From Chiloscyllium plagiosum (taxonomy: Eukaryota), in assembly GCF_004010195.1 (NCBI RefSeq), contig NC_057711.1, positions 3,616,460 to 3,652,095 of the forward strand: a DNA stretch of 35,636 nt, read 5' to 3'. The position numbers were made by a program, and so were the translations under genes. The notes under the pieces are model-generated. The model was not told where the DNA came from. It ran no database searches and saw only the letters and a list, made by a program, of their open reading frames with translations. Of the stretch, positions 12,280 to 23,999 are shown piece after piece (position 1 is the first letter of the stretch; each line of letters starts with the position of its first letter).

Positions 12280-12730
12280 AAACAAAAACAGAAATTGCTG
12301 GAGAAACTCAGCATCTGTGGATAGAAAGTAGAATTAAGGTTTTGAGTCCAGTGACTCTTCCATAGAACTAACAGTTGCTAAGAAAAGGTGCTGTTGACAG
12401 GGCATGGGGGGGAATGAATGAGAGGATAGGAGGAGACAGAGCCCAGAAGGTGAGAAAGACAGTTAGGCAGAAAAGGAATGGATAATGGTTTGCCAGGGAG
12501 AAAGACAATCTGATAATGGGAACCAAAACTAGATAAAACAGCCCATGGCATGATCGCGCCTGGGGTGTGGAGTTGGGGTAAGGACATAGAAGGGGGTGTT
12601 CAGGTTCTAAAGTTACTGAACTCGATATTGAGTCCTGAAGGCTGCAGGGTCCCCAAGCAGGAATGAGATGCTGTTGTCCCAGCTTGCGCTGAGCCTCGCT
12701 GGAGCACTGTAACGAGTCTGAGACAGAGAC
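12280..12730 (-). mobile_element. Penelope-like retroelement 3' fragment (GIY-YIG endonuclease C-terminus, pyrimidine-rich UTR, decayed hammerhead)
   Basis: The minus strand reads LQCSSEAQRKLGQQHLI / frameshift / LGTLQPSGLNIEFSNFRT*, the typical PLE ORF end, then a hairpin GAGTC-ACTG-GACTC-AAAAC at about 12355-12337. Confidence 0.7.
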
Positions 12731-15248
12731 AATAGGGTGACTTTTCCTGATGCTATTTCTGGTGTATCGGTCAGTATCAGATGGTCTGTCCAGTTTCATT
12801 TTTTACCTTTGACATTTTGCAGCTTGAGTATCACTGAGTTGTTTGCTTGGCTATTACAGAATGCAATTAATAGTCCATCAGCTTGCTGTAGGTGTGGAGT
12901 CATTTGTAGGCAGGGCAAGGGACAGAAATCATGGACCTGGTGCTGTTCCTTGCCCAGGTTCGAACCCAACCTAGAGAGCTCTCACCCATTGCCCTGACCT
13001 GACACAATAAACTCAGTTATTGAACACTGATGTACCATCCACCCCTGTCTTGTGCCCGACATTTAGGGCAGGCCATGTGAGAATGGAGATTTGATTCCTT
13101 AAAGGGCATGACTGAATCAGAAATGTTTTTCCAAGTATCAGCAATGGTCAAATGCACCCATTAGATTAGCTTTTCATTTAAATTCCAGATGTTTAAAATT
13201 TTACATTCTGCTGTGGTGGGATTTGAACCCATGGCTCCAACTTGGGTTTGTGGTTTAGTCGCCCAGTGACAGGAGCAGTATACTACCACTTCCCTTTATA
13301 CACCATGTGTGAATGTAAAGCTAGGATAGGTTCCACATGGCTGTGATGCCTCACATCAAATGGACACTGGGGGAGTGTATTTGCACTGATGGACCTATTC
13401 CTGATGAAGGTGTGTATAATTTAATTGTCACCAAGAGGGACACATTAGACTGTTGCACCTTCCTGCTTGAGAAGATGAACTCAATGTCAGTATAATTTGG
13501 GGTTGTTTGGAAATTGAGCTGAATGTTCTGACATCAGAATGCACCTTAAAGGATCAGCACGTCAAATTATTTTAAATATTTTCAAAGTCAAATTTGAAAA
13601 CAAAAATACTGCAGATTCTGGAAATTTGAAATAAACATCAAAATACTGCAAACACTCAGCAGGCTAGACAATATCTGTAGAGAGAAACAGGATTATCATT
13701 TTAATTAGAGTGTCATATAGTCATAGAGATGTAAAGCACGGAAACAGAACCTCTCAGTCCAACCTGTCCATGCCATCCAGATATCCTACATTAATCTCGT
13801 CCCATTTGCCAGCATTTGGGCCATACCCCTGTAAACCCTTCCTAGTCATAGAGTCATGAGATGTACAGCACAGAAACAGACCCTTCAGTCCAACTCATCC
13901 ATGCTGACCAGATATCTCAACTCAATCTAGTCCCACCTGTCAGCACCCGGCCAATATCTCTCCAAACCCTTCCTATTCATATACCCATCCAGATTCCTCT
14001 CAAATGTTGCAATTGTACCAGATTCCACTACATTCTCTGGCAGCTCATTCCATACATGTACCACCCTCTGAGTGAAAAAGTTGCCCCTTAGGTCTCATTT
14101 ACATCTTTCCCCTCTCACTCTAAACCTATGCCCTCCAGTTCTGGACTCCCCCACCCCAGGGAAAAGACTTTGTCTATTTATCCTATCCATGCCCCTCATG
14201 ATTTTATAAACCTCTGTAAGGTCACCCGTCAACCTCCGACACTCTAGGGAAAACTGCCCTGGCCTATTCAACCTTTCCCTATGGCTCAGATCCTCCAACC
14301 CTGGCAACGTCCTTGTAAATCTTTTACAAACCCTTTCAAGTTTCACAACATCTTTCCAATAGGAAGGAGACCAAAATTGTACGCAATATTCCAACATTGG
14401 CCTAACCAATGTCCAGCCTATGATGCTCCAGGGAAGGTAATATGACCTCCCAACTCCTGTACTCAATACTCTGACCAATAAAGGAAAGCATACCAAACAC
14501 CTTCTTCACTATCCTATCTACCTGCGACTTCACTTTCAAGGAGCTATGAACCTGCACTCCAAGGTCTCTTTGTTCAGCAACACTCCCTCAGACCTTACCA
14601 TTAAGTGTATAAGTCTGCTAAGATTTGCTTTCCCAAAATGCAGCACCTCACATTTATCTAAAATAAACTCCATCTGCCACTTCTCAGCCCATTGGCCCAT
14701 CTGGTCAAGATCCCGTTGTAATCTGAGGTAACCTTCTTCCTGTAATCTGAGGTAACCGCTACACCTCCAATTTTGGTGTCATCAGCAAACTTCATGTATC
14801 CATCCAGATGCCTTTTAAATGTTGTAATTGTACCATTCTCCATCACTTCTTCTGGCAGCTATTTCCATGTATGCACTACTCTCTGCAAGAAAAAGTTGTC
14901 CCTTATATCCCTTTTAAATCTTTCCTGTCTCACCTCAAGCCCTCTAGTTCTGGACTCCCCTACACTGGGGAAAAAGACCTTGATTATTCACCCTATCCAT
15001 GACCCTCATGATTTTATAAACTTCTATGAGGTTTCCCCTCAGCCTATGATGCTCCAGGGAAAGTAACCCCAGCCCATTCAGCCTCTCCCTGTAGCTCAAA
15101 CCCTCCAACCCTGGCAAAACCCTGTAAATCTTTTTCGAACTCTTCAAGTTTAACATCGTTCTTACAGCAGGAAGACCGGAATTGAATGCAGTATTCCAAA
15201 AGTGGCCTAACCAAAGTCCTGTACAGCCACAGCTATAATACTCAGTGA

Positions 15249-15460
15249 GGTAAAAACAATGACTGCAGATGCTGGAAACCAGATTCTGGATCAATGGTGC
15301 TGGAAGAGCACAGCAATTCAGGCAACATCGAGGAGCTTCAGCAAAATCGACGTTTCGGGCAAAAGCCCTTCATCAGGAAGGGCTTTTGCCCGAAACATCG
15401 ATTTTGCTGAAGCTCCTCGATGCTGCCTGAATTGCTGTGCTCTTCCAGCACCATTGATCC
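15249..15460. mobile_element. Non-autonomous Penelope-like terminal element arranged as an inverted repeat, with a target-site duplication
   Basis: Arms of about 85 bp are inverted around 15375; the element is flanked by the direct repeat CTATAATACTCAGTG (15233-15247 and 15460-15474); same family as 24466 and 31709. Confidence 0.75.
15343..15379 (-). ncRNA. Minimal hammerhead ribozyme motif
   Basis: Minus strand UUC-CUGAUGA-A-GGGC-UUUU-GCCC-GAAA-C-GUC-GAUUUU: intact core, 4-bp stem II, loopless palindromic stem III (ACGU), GUC cleavage triplet. Stem I is weak in this copy. Confidence 0.65.
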
Positions 15461-16070
15461 TATAATACTCAGTGCTCTGACCAATAAAGGCAAGTGTATC
15501 ACTACTTTATCTATCTGCGACTCCACTTTCAAGGAACTAAGAACCTGCACTCCAATGTCTCTTTGTTCATAAACACTTCCCAGGACCTTACCATTAAGTG
15601 TATAAGTCCTGTCCTGATTTGCCCGACCAATAGTTCAATGACCTTTCACCAGAAAACCAAATCTGTTACACTCTCACTGTACACCGTCTCTAGACTAAGG
15701 ACTTTTTAATCTTCATTCAGTTACAAGGCCAGGGTATCATTGGCTGGGCCAGCATTTATTGCCCATCCCTACTAGTTAAGAGTCAGCCACATTGCAATGG
15801 GTCTTGAGTCACATGTAGGCTGGACCAGGCTAGAAGGGCAGTTTCCTTCCCTAAAGGACATTAGTGAATCAGATGGGCTCTTACAAAAATATGTAGTGGT
15901 CACATAGTCATCTTTCGATTCTTACTGTGAGAATTTTATTGATTTCAAATTTCACCATCTGCCAAGGTAGGATTTGAACCCTGGTCTCCAGAACATTATC
16001 TGGGTCTTTGGATTAACAGTCCAACGATAATATCACGAGTCATTGCCTCCAATGTAGAAGAATTTCTTAC

Positions 16071-16418
16071 CATGTACCTGCAGCCGAGTGTCTTTCTGGA
16101 TCAGATACTGAGAGTTGAGTCTTGACCTGTATTCTACATGACACAGGTAAGTGTGATTGTCTCTCACACTCAGCTGGTTTATCCTGGTCGAGGCGTTTCC
16201 CTCCTCTGGGTTCCCGATGAGCTCGTACCGATTTCCACTGTGTACAGTTGTCCAATTTCCCTGGGATTGGGCTTTAAATATAACAATGTGTTGGTAGGGC
16301 TCCTTCCTCATCCAGGTAACAGTGGTCAGAGTGTGGGAGTCCCAGCTCCTGAAGATACAGGGTAAAGTAACTGAATCTCCCTCAGTCCCACTCACCACTG
16401 AGACATTTCCCTGAGCAG
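16071..16418 (-). CDS. Ig V-set exon 3 of the Siglec-15-like receptor
   Basis: Acceptor ttcctttcctcag; 348 nt in phase 1-1; donor G|gtaaga; motifs GDSVTLPC, VTWMRKEPY, RYELIGNP, DNHTYLCHVEY and TRLQVH. Confidence 0.92.
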
Positions 16419-17479
16419 CTGAGGAAAGGAAAAACATCAGAATGGATGAGGTCAGTGTGCAGAATTTCTAGTTTAAGTTTCTTACAATTCTTTCAACTTC
16501 ACAATGAAATAAGTAATTAAATATCCCACACATGTTTCTTGCAGGTCTGAACCAGGTTTTATAGACTCCTAAAAAACTCACCCTGATGAAAATCTCTCAT
16601 TCTCGATCCCCTCATTTTGAGTCTCCTATTCTTGAAATTCTTCCAGATTGGAAAATGCACTGAGCCCACCTAAATTCATTTGTCCAGGACACAACATCCC
16701 TCCCACCTCCACAAAATATGTGGATTATTGTTCCCCAGTCTTATACTCCACCTGTGTGCCTTCACTCTGTCCAGAAATCCCATAACAATGATTGAACACA
16801 TGTCTGTGTGAAGGGGAAGATTTCTGATATTAACCTGAACGTAACCTTTTCCTAACTCCAAACCATGACCTGTACCATGAACATAGTTTGATTGAATTCT
16901 ATTCAAGATTAAGATTTCCTACAATACCCACTACCTTATCATGTGGTGGGGGAGAGGAATTAGCCCCATGCTGGACCACCTGTATAAATTAATCATCCTC
17001 TGAAAGAGGGAATCTCTCCCCATCTCCATCCTAATGTGAAATGAGTTTCAGATTCCACCCACATCCTCTCAGGGTCTACTCTCCCAAGACCCCTCAGGAT
17101 CTTGCAAGTTTCAATAAAGTCACTTCTCAATCTTCAGCAACAAGTTGACCCTATCTGACTCTGAACCAATCAGGATGGGCAGGTAACAACGCTCTGAAAT
17201 TCTCAACCAATAGGAGTCAGAGAGGTGGCTCTTCACTTATTTTCGGCCAAGGAGACCTTATGTTTCACAATGTGTTTACCCAATGAGGGATTGGGATTGG
17301 CCTATCTTGTCCTCAACCAATGCCAATTGACAAAAAAGGAGGTAATTCTGCCCACTAGGTCCTTGCTAGCTCCACATAGAAAAATCACTCAATTCCACTA
17401 GGCCCTGCCAGTTTATTCCCTTCAAGTGTCTGCCTGTTTTTTTTTTAAATCAATGACTGCTTCCACACGTACCTCCTTT

Positions 17480-18470
17480 GATGTTGGTGACTGTCAGTCA
17501 TCAGCATTCACTGTGTAAACATTTCTCTCTCACATTCCCTCTGCACCTCTGGCCCAAAATCTAAGATCTGCATCCTAGTCCCAAATGCTTATGAATAGAC
17601 CTTTCGCTTCTCTATTTTCTCTTTGACTGCTATTATCTTCTAACACTTCAGTCAAAACACCCATCAATTTCCTTAGCTCCAAGGAGAACAATACTTGCTT
17701 CTCAAACCTTGTAACTAAAACCAGTCTCTGACCCCCACCTGAAACTCTCCCAGGCCATTCCTGTTATAAATCTGGTAAATCTCTGCACTCTCTCAAGTAC
17801 TTTCAGGTTCTTCCTAATGAGTGGTGACAGACCTGGACACAATACTCGAGTTGAGGCATAACTGAAGCAATACTAATGTTTATAGTTGTGCAGCCCCTTA
17901 ACTGAAATATCGAGATGATGGGGCATAAGTTTAACATCAAAGCCAGTGGGATTAGAAGGGATTTGAGGAGACCATTCTTTCACAGAGAAGATGGTTGAAA
18001 TTTGGAATGCACTGCCTAGGTGGGTCGTAGAGGTGGAAAATCTGACAACATTTAAAAAGTACTTGGATCAGCAGCTGCAACTTCATAACATTGAAGGCAC
18101 AGCCCGACTGCTGGAAAGTGGGATACGTGTAGATTTAGGGATTTTTTTCTTGGTTGGGGCCCAGCAGCTAAAGGGCCTCTCCTGTTCTGTTTGATTCTAT
18201 GATTCTATGGATCGGCACACAATATGTCGAGAGTGTGGTGCTGGAAAAACACAGCAGATCAGGTCAGCACATCATATGAATGGAGATAAGAAACAAAAAT
18301 GGCAAGAAGATGCTGTAGGAGTAATCCAAAAGCTCCATAACAGGAGCTATATGGTGGGAAATGGAGTAAGTAGGAGATAGTAAGAGCATGTAACAAAGGT
18401 TGTACATTAATCATGCACATTGGGATAATCAGATTAGCAGAGGAAGCCAGAAAGAAGAATTCATAGAACA
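17480..18470. mobile_element. Degenerate CR1 fragments on both strands
   Basis: Plus-strand VEIWNALPRWVVEVENLTTFKKYLD with a TGATTCTATGATTCTATG tail; minus-strand remnant CTGGACACAATACTC. Confidence 0.7.
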
Positions 18471-18472
18471 TA

Positions 18473-18972
18473 NNNNNNNNNNNNNNNNNNNNNNNNNNNN
18501 NNNNNNNNNNNNNNNNNNNNNNNNNNNNNNNNNNNNNNNNNNNNNNNNNNNNNNNNNNNNNNNNNNNNNNNNNNNNNNNNNNNNNNNNNNNNNNNNNNNN
18601 NNNNNNNNNNNNNNNNNNNNNNNNNNNNNNNNNNNNNNNNNNNNNNNNNNNNNNNNNNNNNNNNNNNNNNNNNNNNNNNNNNNNNNNNNNNNNNNNNNNN
18701 NNNNNNNNNNNNNNNNNNNNNNNNNNNNNNNNNNNNNNNNNNNNNNNNNNNNNNNNNNNNNNNNNNNNNNNNNNNNNNNNNNNNNNNNNNNNNNNNNNNN
18801 NNNNNNNNNNNNNNNNNNNNNNNNNNNNNNNNNNNNNNNNNNNNNNNNNNNNNNNNNNNNNNNNNNNNNNNNNNNNNNNNNNNNNNNNNNNNNNNNNNNN
18901 NNNNNNNNNNNNNNNNNNNNNNNNNNNNNNNNNNNNNNNNNNNNNNNNNNNNNNNNNNNNNNNNNNNNNNNN
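18473..18972. other. Assembly gap (500 N)
   Basis: Run of N. Confidence 1.
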
Positions 18973-19061
18973 AATGAGAGGCAGTTGTAATGTCTATTCA
19001 TAAGCAATCCAGGATACTGGGACAGAGTTTCAGTACCCACCATGGCAGCTGCTGGAATTTC

Positions 19062-19448
19062 AATTCAGTTATTTCATTTGGAATTAAATGGTAACCATGA
19101 AACCATTATCAATTTTTGGAAAAAATCCATCTGGTCGACTGATAATTTTTAGAGAAGAAAAATGCCTTCTCTAAAAGGCATGTGGTCTGGCCTACTGGTG
19201 ACTCCAGTCCCACAGCAACAGATGTGACCCTAAAATGTCCTCAGAAATGCCCAAGGGAAATTCAGTTATTTCATTTGGAATTAAATGGTAACCATGAAAC
19301 CATTATCAATTTTTGGAAAAAATCCATCTGGTCGACTGATAATTTTTAGAGAAGAGAAATGCCATTCTTATGTGGTCTGGCCTACTTGTGACTCCAGTCC
19401 CACAGCAACAGATTTGACCCTAAAATGTCCTCAGAAATGCCCAAGGGA
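19062..19448 (+). repeat. Direct tandem duplication, unit about 197 bp, inside an old dispersed repeat
   Basis: AATTCAGTTATTTCATTTGGAATTAAATGG...CCAAGGGA begins at 19062 and again at 19259; the copies differ by a few substitutions and a small indel. Confidence 0.9.
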
Positions 19449-19949
19449 GACACTCAGTTGCACAAAACCAGGACAATGAATGTCATGACTAAACAGGGAA
19501 TAGTGTGTCAATAACCGTGTCCTGCTCTTCCACTCATTGTCAGTAACTGTACAAATGTACTAGAATCCCAATGAAGTCACCAACACCCAAACTGCCTGAC
19601 AGGTCGCTACACAGAACAGTAGGGAACCATATCAGCAATCTTCAGTTAAAATAATTCCATCAATTAATTTACAGTCATAACTGCAGTGACCCCTGACCCC
19701 CACCCCACCAACAAACACAGACTCATCACAATTAAGACAGAGAAAAGATAAACAGTTTATATTTCTACCAAGAATGAAAAAAAATAATATAGGCAGGGTA
19801 AATAAAATTCTGAAAATCAAAGAACTGACCACAAGATGGAAAAATCTTTCTCTGTCACTGTCCGTGTGGTTTTTTGCCATGATGCAATGCTGCTCTCTGT
19901 GCTGTGACAGTTGTCCTTGAAATTCAATGAGTAATCAGGTGAACTATCT

Positions 19950-22370
19950 TTGCTTATCTTTTTTTTCAGCTCTCTCAGTTTTTTCCATCCTTATCTCCAT
20001 GGTGATGCGGGAGTGGGAGAGATGGCTGCTTTCTGTCTGTAGGCTCTAGATGTTTTCCCCATTCAGCAACTGTGTTTACAGAGTTTTTGGAGAAGCTGAC
20101 AGGTAAGATTTTTTCATCAGAAGATTGAAAGCTATCTGCTGGGCGGTTTGAGCAGGAGTCATTATTCATTTGTTCAGCTAAGTGGGTGAATTTATTGAAG
20201 GTTTATACATTTGATTTTTATTCAGATTTATATGCTCTTATTTTTTGCATGCTTAGTCTAATTTATATATAAGCTATTGTAAGTTGCCTCTTTTTCAGCT
20301 TCATGACATTGAGGGCATACAAGAGACACAGAGTTAGGTGGCTTGTAGATTGAGAGAAGTCATAACACATCAGGATCAGTCAGATGGATGACTGTCAGGA
20401 AAGGCAAAAGGGTAGTTCAGAAGTCTTCCGTTGGTATATCTCTCCCAAAGAGATATTGAGTTTTGGGATCTATTGAAAGGATAGTCTTCTAGAGGAATAT
20501 AGAAGAGACAGTCAGATCTTGGGCACTAAGAATGAATTTTATGTTTGGTGGGTTTGATAAAATTTAAAAGAATATTTGTTAAAGGGGACTGTCCTGTCAA
20601 GGGCACAGACAGGAGGTTCTGAAGCAGTGAACATGAATCTAGGATAGAATGTTGCTTTCCCGATATCAAGAAAGGGGGGAATGTAAAAGCGGAAGTTATT
20701 GTGTACATTGATAGGAAAGGCGCAGTTAGGAAAAAATTAAGGCTTTACAGAGTGAATATAAGAGGTTAGGTAGAAGATTATAAAAACAGATCCTCAAAAG
20801 TAGAATCTTTGGTTTACTCCCAGTGCTAAGCTCAAGTGAGGGAAAAAAGGATAAAGGAGAAAAGACTGAAGAAATGGTGTAATGTTCAGGGAATCAGATT
20901 CTTGGATTACTGGGATTTTGTTTCTAGGTGGAGGGATCCGAAGCAGCAGAGTAAATAGAAAGAAAGATGAGAATGGTTTTGAATCTGCAAACAAAAACCA
21001 AATTAATTTGAAAAGACAGACTAGAGCAAGTCAGAGAACAAAGTAAGTCTGAAGAATTAAACTAAATTTACTTCAATGCAAGGGATCTTACAGGTAAGAC
21101 TGATGAACTCGGGGCATGTATGAGAACATGGGATTGGGATGATATATGTATTACAGAAACTTGGCTAAGGGATGGACAGGACTCGCTGCTCAATGTTCTG
21201 GGTTTTAGATACTATCAGAAGTATAGAAAAAGAAGCAAAAGAGGAGGAGGAATTTGGTTTAGCTTGATGAAAATATTACTGTTTTAAGTAGAGAAGATAT
21301 TTCTGAAAACCTCAGTAAGTGCAAAACTTGACCTTCTCTTGAGTAATAAGACAGAGAAGTAATTGAAATGATAGCAGGGGGACACTTAGGCTAAAGTGAT
21401 CATAATTCTATTGGTTTTAACATAGTTATGGAAAAGGCTAAGCCTTCTTTAAAAATTAAAGTTTTTCATTGGAGTAAGGAAAATTTTAAGGCAAGCAAAG
21501 GCAACACTTAGACAATTAAAAGTAGGGCCTTTAGTAGTGTTGCAGAACAGAGAGAGACCTTGGCTTTCATGTTCATAATTCTGTGAAGTTTGCATCACAT
21601 ATGGATAGGATGGTTAAAAAGGTATTTAGCATGCTTGTCTTCATTGTTCAGATATTTGAGTATAGGAGTTGGGACGTTATGCTGAGGTTGAACAGAATGT
21701 CGGTGAAGCCTCTTCATGAGTACTGTCGAGTTCTGGTTACCCAATCATAGGACGGATATTATTAAGCTGGAGAATGTTTTGTAGAGATTTACCAGGATGT
21801 TGCTGGGAATGGAGTGTTTCAGCAATAAAGAGAGGCTGACTACATTGGGACTTTTTTCACTGGAGCATAGGATGTTACAGAGGTTTATAAAATTATGAGG
21901 GATATAGATAAGGTGAATGGCAGGTGTTCTTTCCCTAGGGTGGGGCATTTCAAGACTTTCAGGTGAGAGAAGAAAAATTTTAAAAAGACATGAGGGGCAA
22001 ACTTTTTTTATATACGCATTGGCTCATGTGTGGAACTAATTTCCTGAGGAATTGATGGATGTGGGTACAGTTACAACATTTAAAAGCCATTTATATAAGT
22101 ACACGAAGAAGAAATGTTTGGAAGGATATGGCCAGTTGTATGCAGATGAGACTAGTTTGGATTGGAGGCCTGTGACCAGTAGTGTTCCACAGGGATCGAT
22201 GCTGGGTCCACATTTGCTTGACATTTATATAAATGATGTGAATGAGAATAGACAAAGCATGGTTTGTAAATTTTGAATGATATCAAATTTGGTGGAATAA
22301 ATTGGAGGGAAATGGCTAATTACAGGCAGATGGAACTAGTTTGGTTTGCAATTATGGTTGGCATAGACTT
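19950..22370 (+). mobile_element. Decayed CR1 LINE retaining 5' region, ORF1 (SGNH/esterase-like) and endonuclease remnants, with a large internal deletion and 3' end
   Basis: KGDCPVKGTDRRF...SRIECCFP (compare CR1 ORF1 GDSIVRGTDRRF...CCLPGA) at about 20580; YFNARDL...DICITETWL (APE domain) at about 21070-21170; ORF2 3' remnants at 21500-22370. Confidence 0.8.
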
Positions 22371-22879
22371 TGTTTGGCAGTAAAATAGCTTTTATTGTCA
22401 TGTGGAGTCAATGAGTGCAGTGAAAAACTTGCATTGAAGGAACTATTCCAGATGAAGGTGTTAACACTTTCATTGTAACCAAGAGGGACACATTAGACCA
22501 TTGCAACCTCCTGCTTGAGGAGATGATCTCAATATCAGTATAACCTTAGGTGGATTGGAGATTGAATTGAATGTTCTGAGTGTGTCAAAGTCTTTCCATA
22601 CTGATATCAGAGTGCACCATAAAAGATCAGCACATTAAAATACATTAAACATTTTAAAAATCAAATGCAAAACACAAAAGCAAGATGCTGGAAGTTTGGA
22701 AAAACGAATCAAAATGCTGTAAATACTCAGCAGGCCAGATAACACCTGTCGAGAGAAAAGGTTAACATCTTAGTTCAATGACCTTTCATCAGAAAATCAA
22801 ATCACAAGAAAGTTCACAGAATCTTTTACATTCTTATCACGCCCTGTACAGATGGAACAATGTGTGAATGGCTTCTTAC

Positions 22880-23233
22880 CGGGTATGACATGCACCCGAC
22901 TCTCTTTCTGGATCAGACACTGAATATCCTCTTGTAATGATATGTATTCCACCACACACAGATAAGTATGATTGTCCCTCACATTCAGCTGGTTTATCCT
23001 GGTCGAGGCGTTTCCCTCGTTTGGATTCCCGATGAGCTCATACCGATTTCCACCATTTACAGTTATCCAATTTCTTTGTGGTTGGACTATAAATGTAACA
23101 ATGCGTTGATAGGGCTCCTTCCTCATCCAGGTAACAGTACTCAGGTTGAGATGTCCCATGATCCTGAAGGAACAGGGTAAAGTAACTGAATCTCCCACTG
23201 TCCCATTCACCACTGGGACATCTCCCTGAGATG
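22880..23233 (-). CDS. Ig V-set exon 2 of the Siglec-15-like receptor
   Basis: Acceptor ttgttctatcctcag; 354 nt in phase 1-1; donor G|gtaaga; motifs GDSVTLPCSF, VTWMRKEPY, RYELIGNP and DNHTYLCVVEY. Confidence 0.92.
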
Positions 23234-23999
23234 CTGAGGATAGAACAAACATCAGAATGGATGAAGTCAGAGATTATATTTATTACATTCCCTTCAACTT
23301 CACAATAAAATGAACAATTCAAACTCCACTCATATCTCTAACAGGTCTATCCAAGACATTCCCCTCCAATAGTCATCCTGATCAAAATGTCTCCCCACTT
23401 CTCAATTTAAGGATCTTGAACAGGAAATCCATTGAACCCTCCCAAATTCATTCCTTCATTCATCCATTGCCCAAAGTTAATATTCTTTAAATAAGGTCAA
23501 CTATTTTATAGGAGAAAGTGAGGTCTGCAGATGCTGGAGATCAGAGCTGAAAATGTGTTGCTGGAAAAACGCGTAGTCCAAACTTTCTAAACTTGTCTCA
23601 GTATTTTGGGTGCAGGTGGAGGAATAATTGAACCATGTGACTCTTCGCTGCTTGAACTTTAAAGGTGAGTTGAGAGATGGACTGCTTCCTCATTCCCTAC
23701 TTTAAACAGGTAACCCTTATTTTCAAACCAGTTCATCTTTTGCTCACATATCCCCTCAAAATCTGTCTGGTCAAGTCTCCTCAGACCCTTCTTTCTTTCA
23801 GTAATGTCTCCTTTAATATGTTTTATTTGGTCATGGTTGTCGCTGACTCGGATTATGTGTATTTATTGTCCATCTTGAGTGTCAAGGAGAAACTGTCTTC
23901 TTGAAATGCTGCGGCCCTGAGGTATAGGGGTTACCTGCAGTAATTTTAGAGATGGAGCTCCAGGATTTTGACCAAACAATACTGAAGGAATGGCAATAT

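Larger units (their letters stand above)
13715..15625 (-). mobile_element. Stack of at least three CR1 3' fragments with a nested Penelope-like palindrome
   Basis: ORFs 14095..14496 (LVRPMLEYCVQFWSP), 14658..14846 (KFADDTKIGG) and 14944..15294; two CATAGAGTCAT-type tails near 13715 and 13846. Confidence 0.85.

Noticed and set aside
18400-19043. Long ORFs spanning N runs (also 31652-32417)
   Set aside because: Artefacts of translating assembly gaps.
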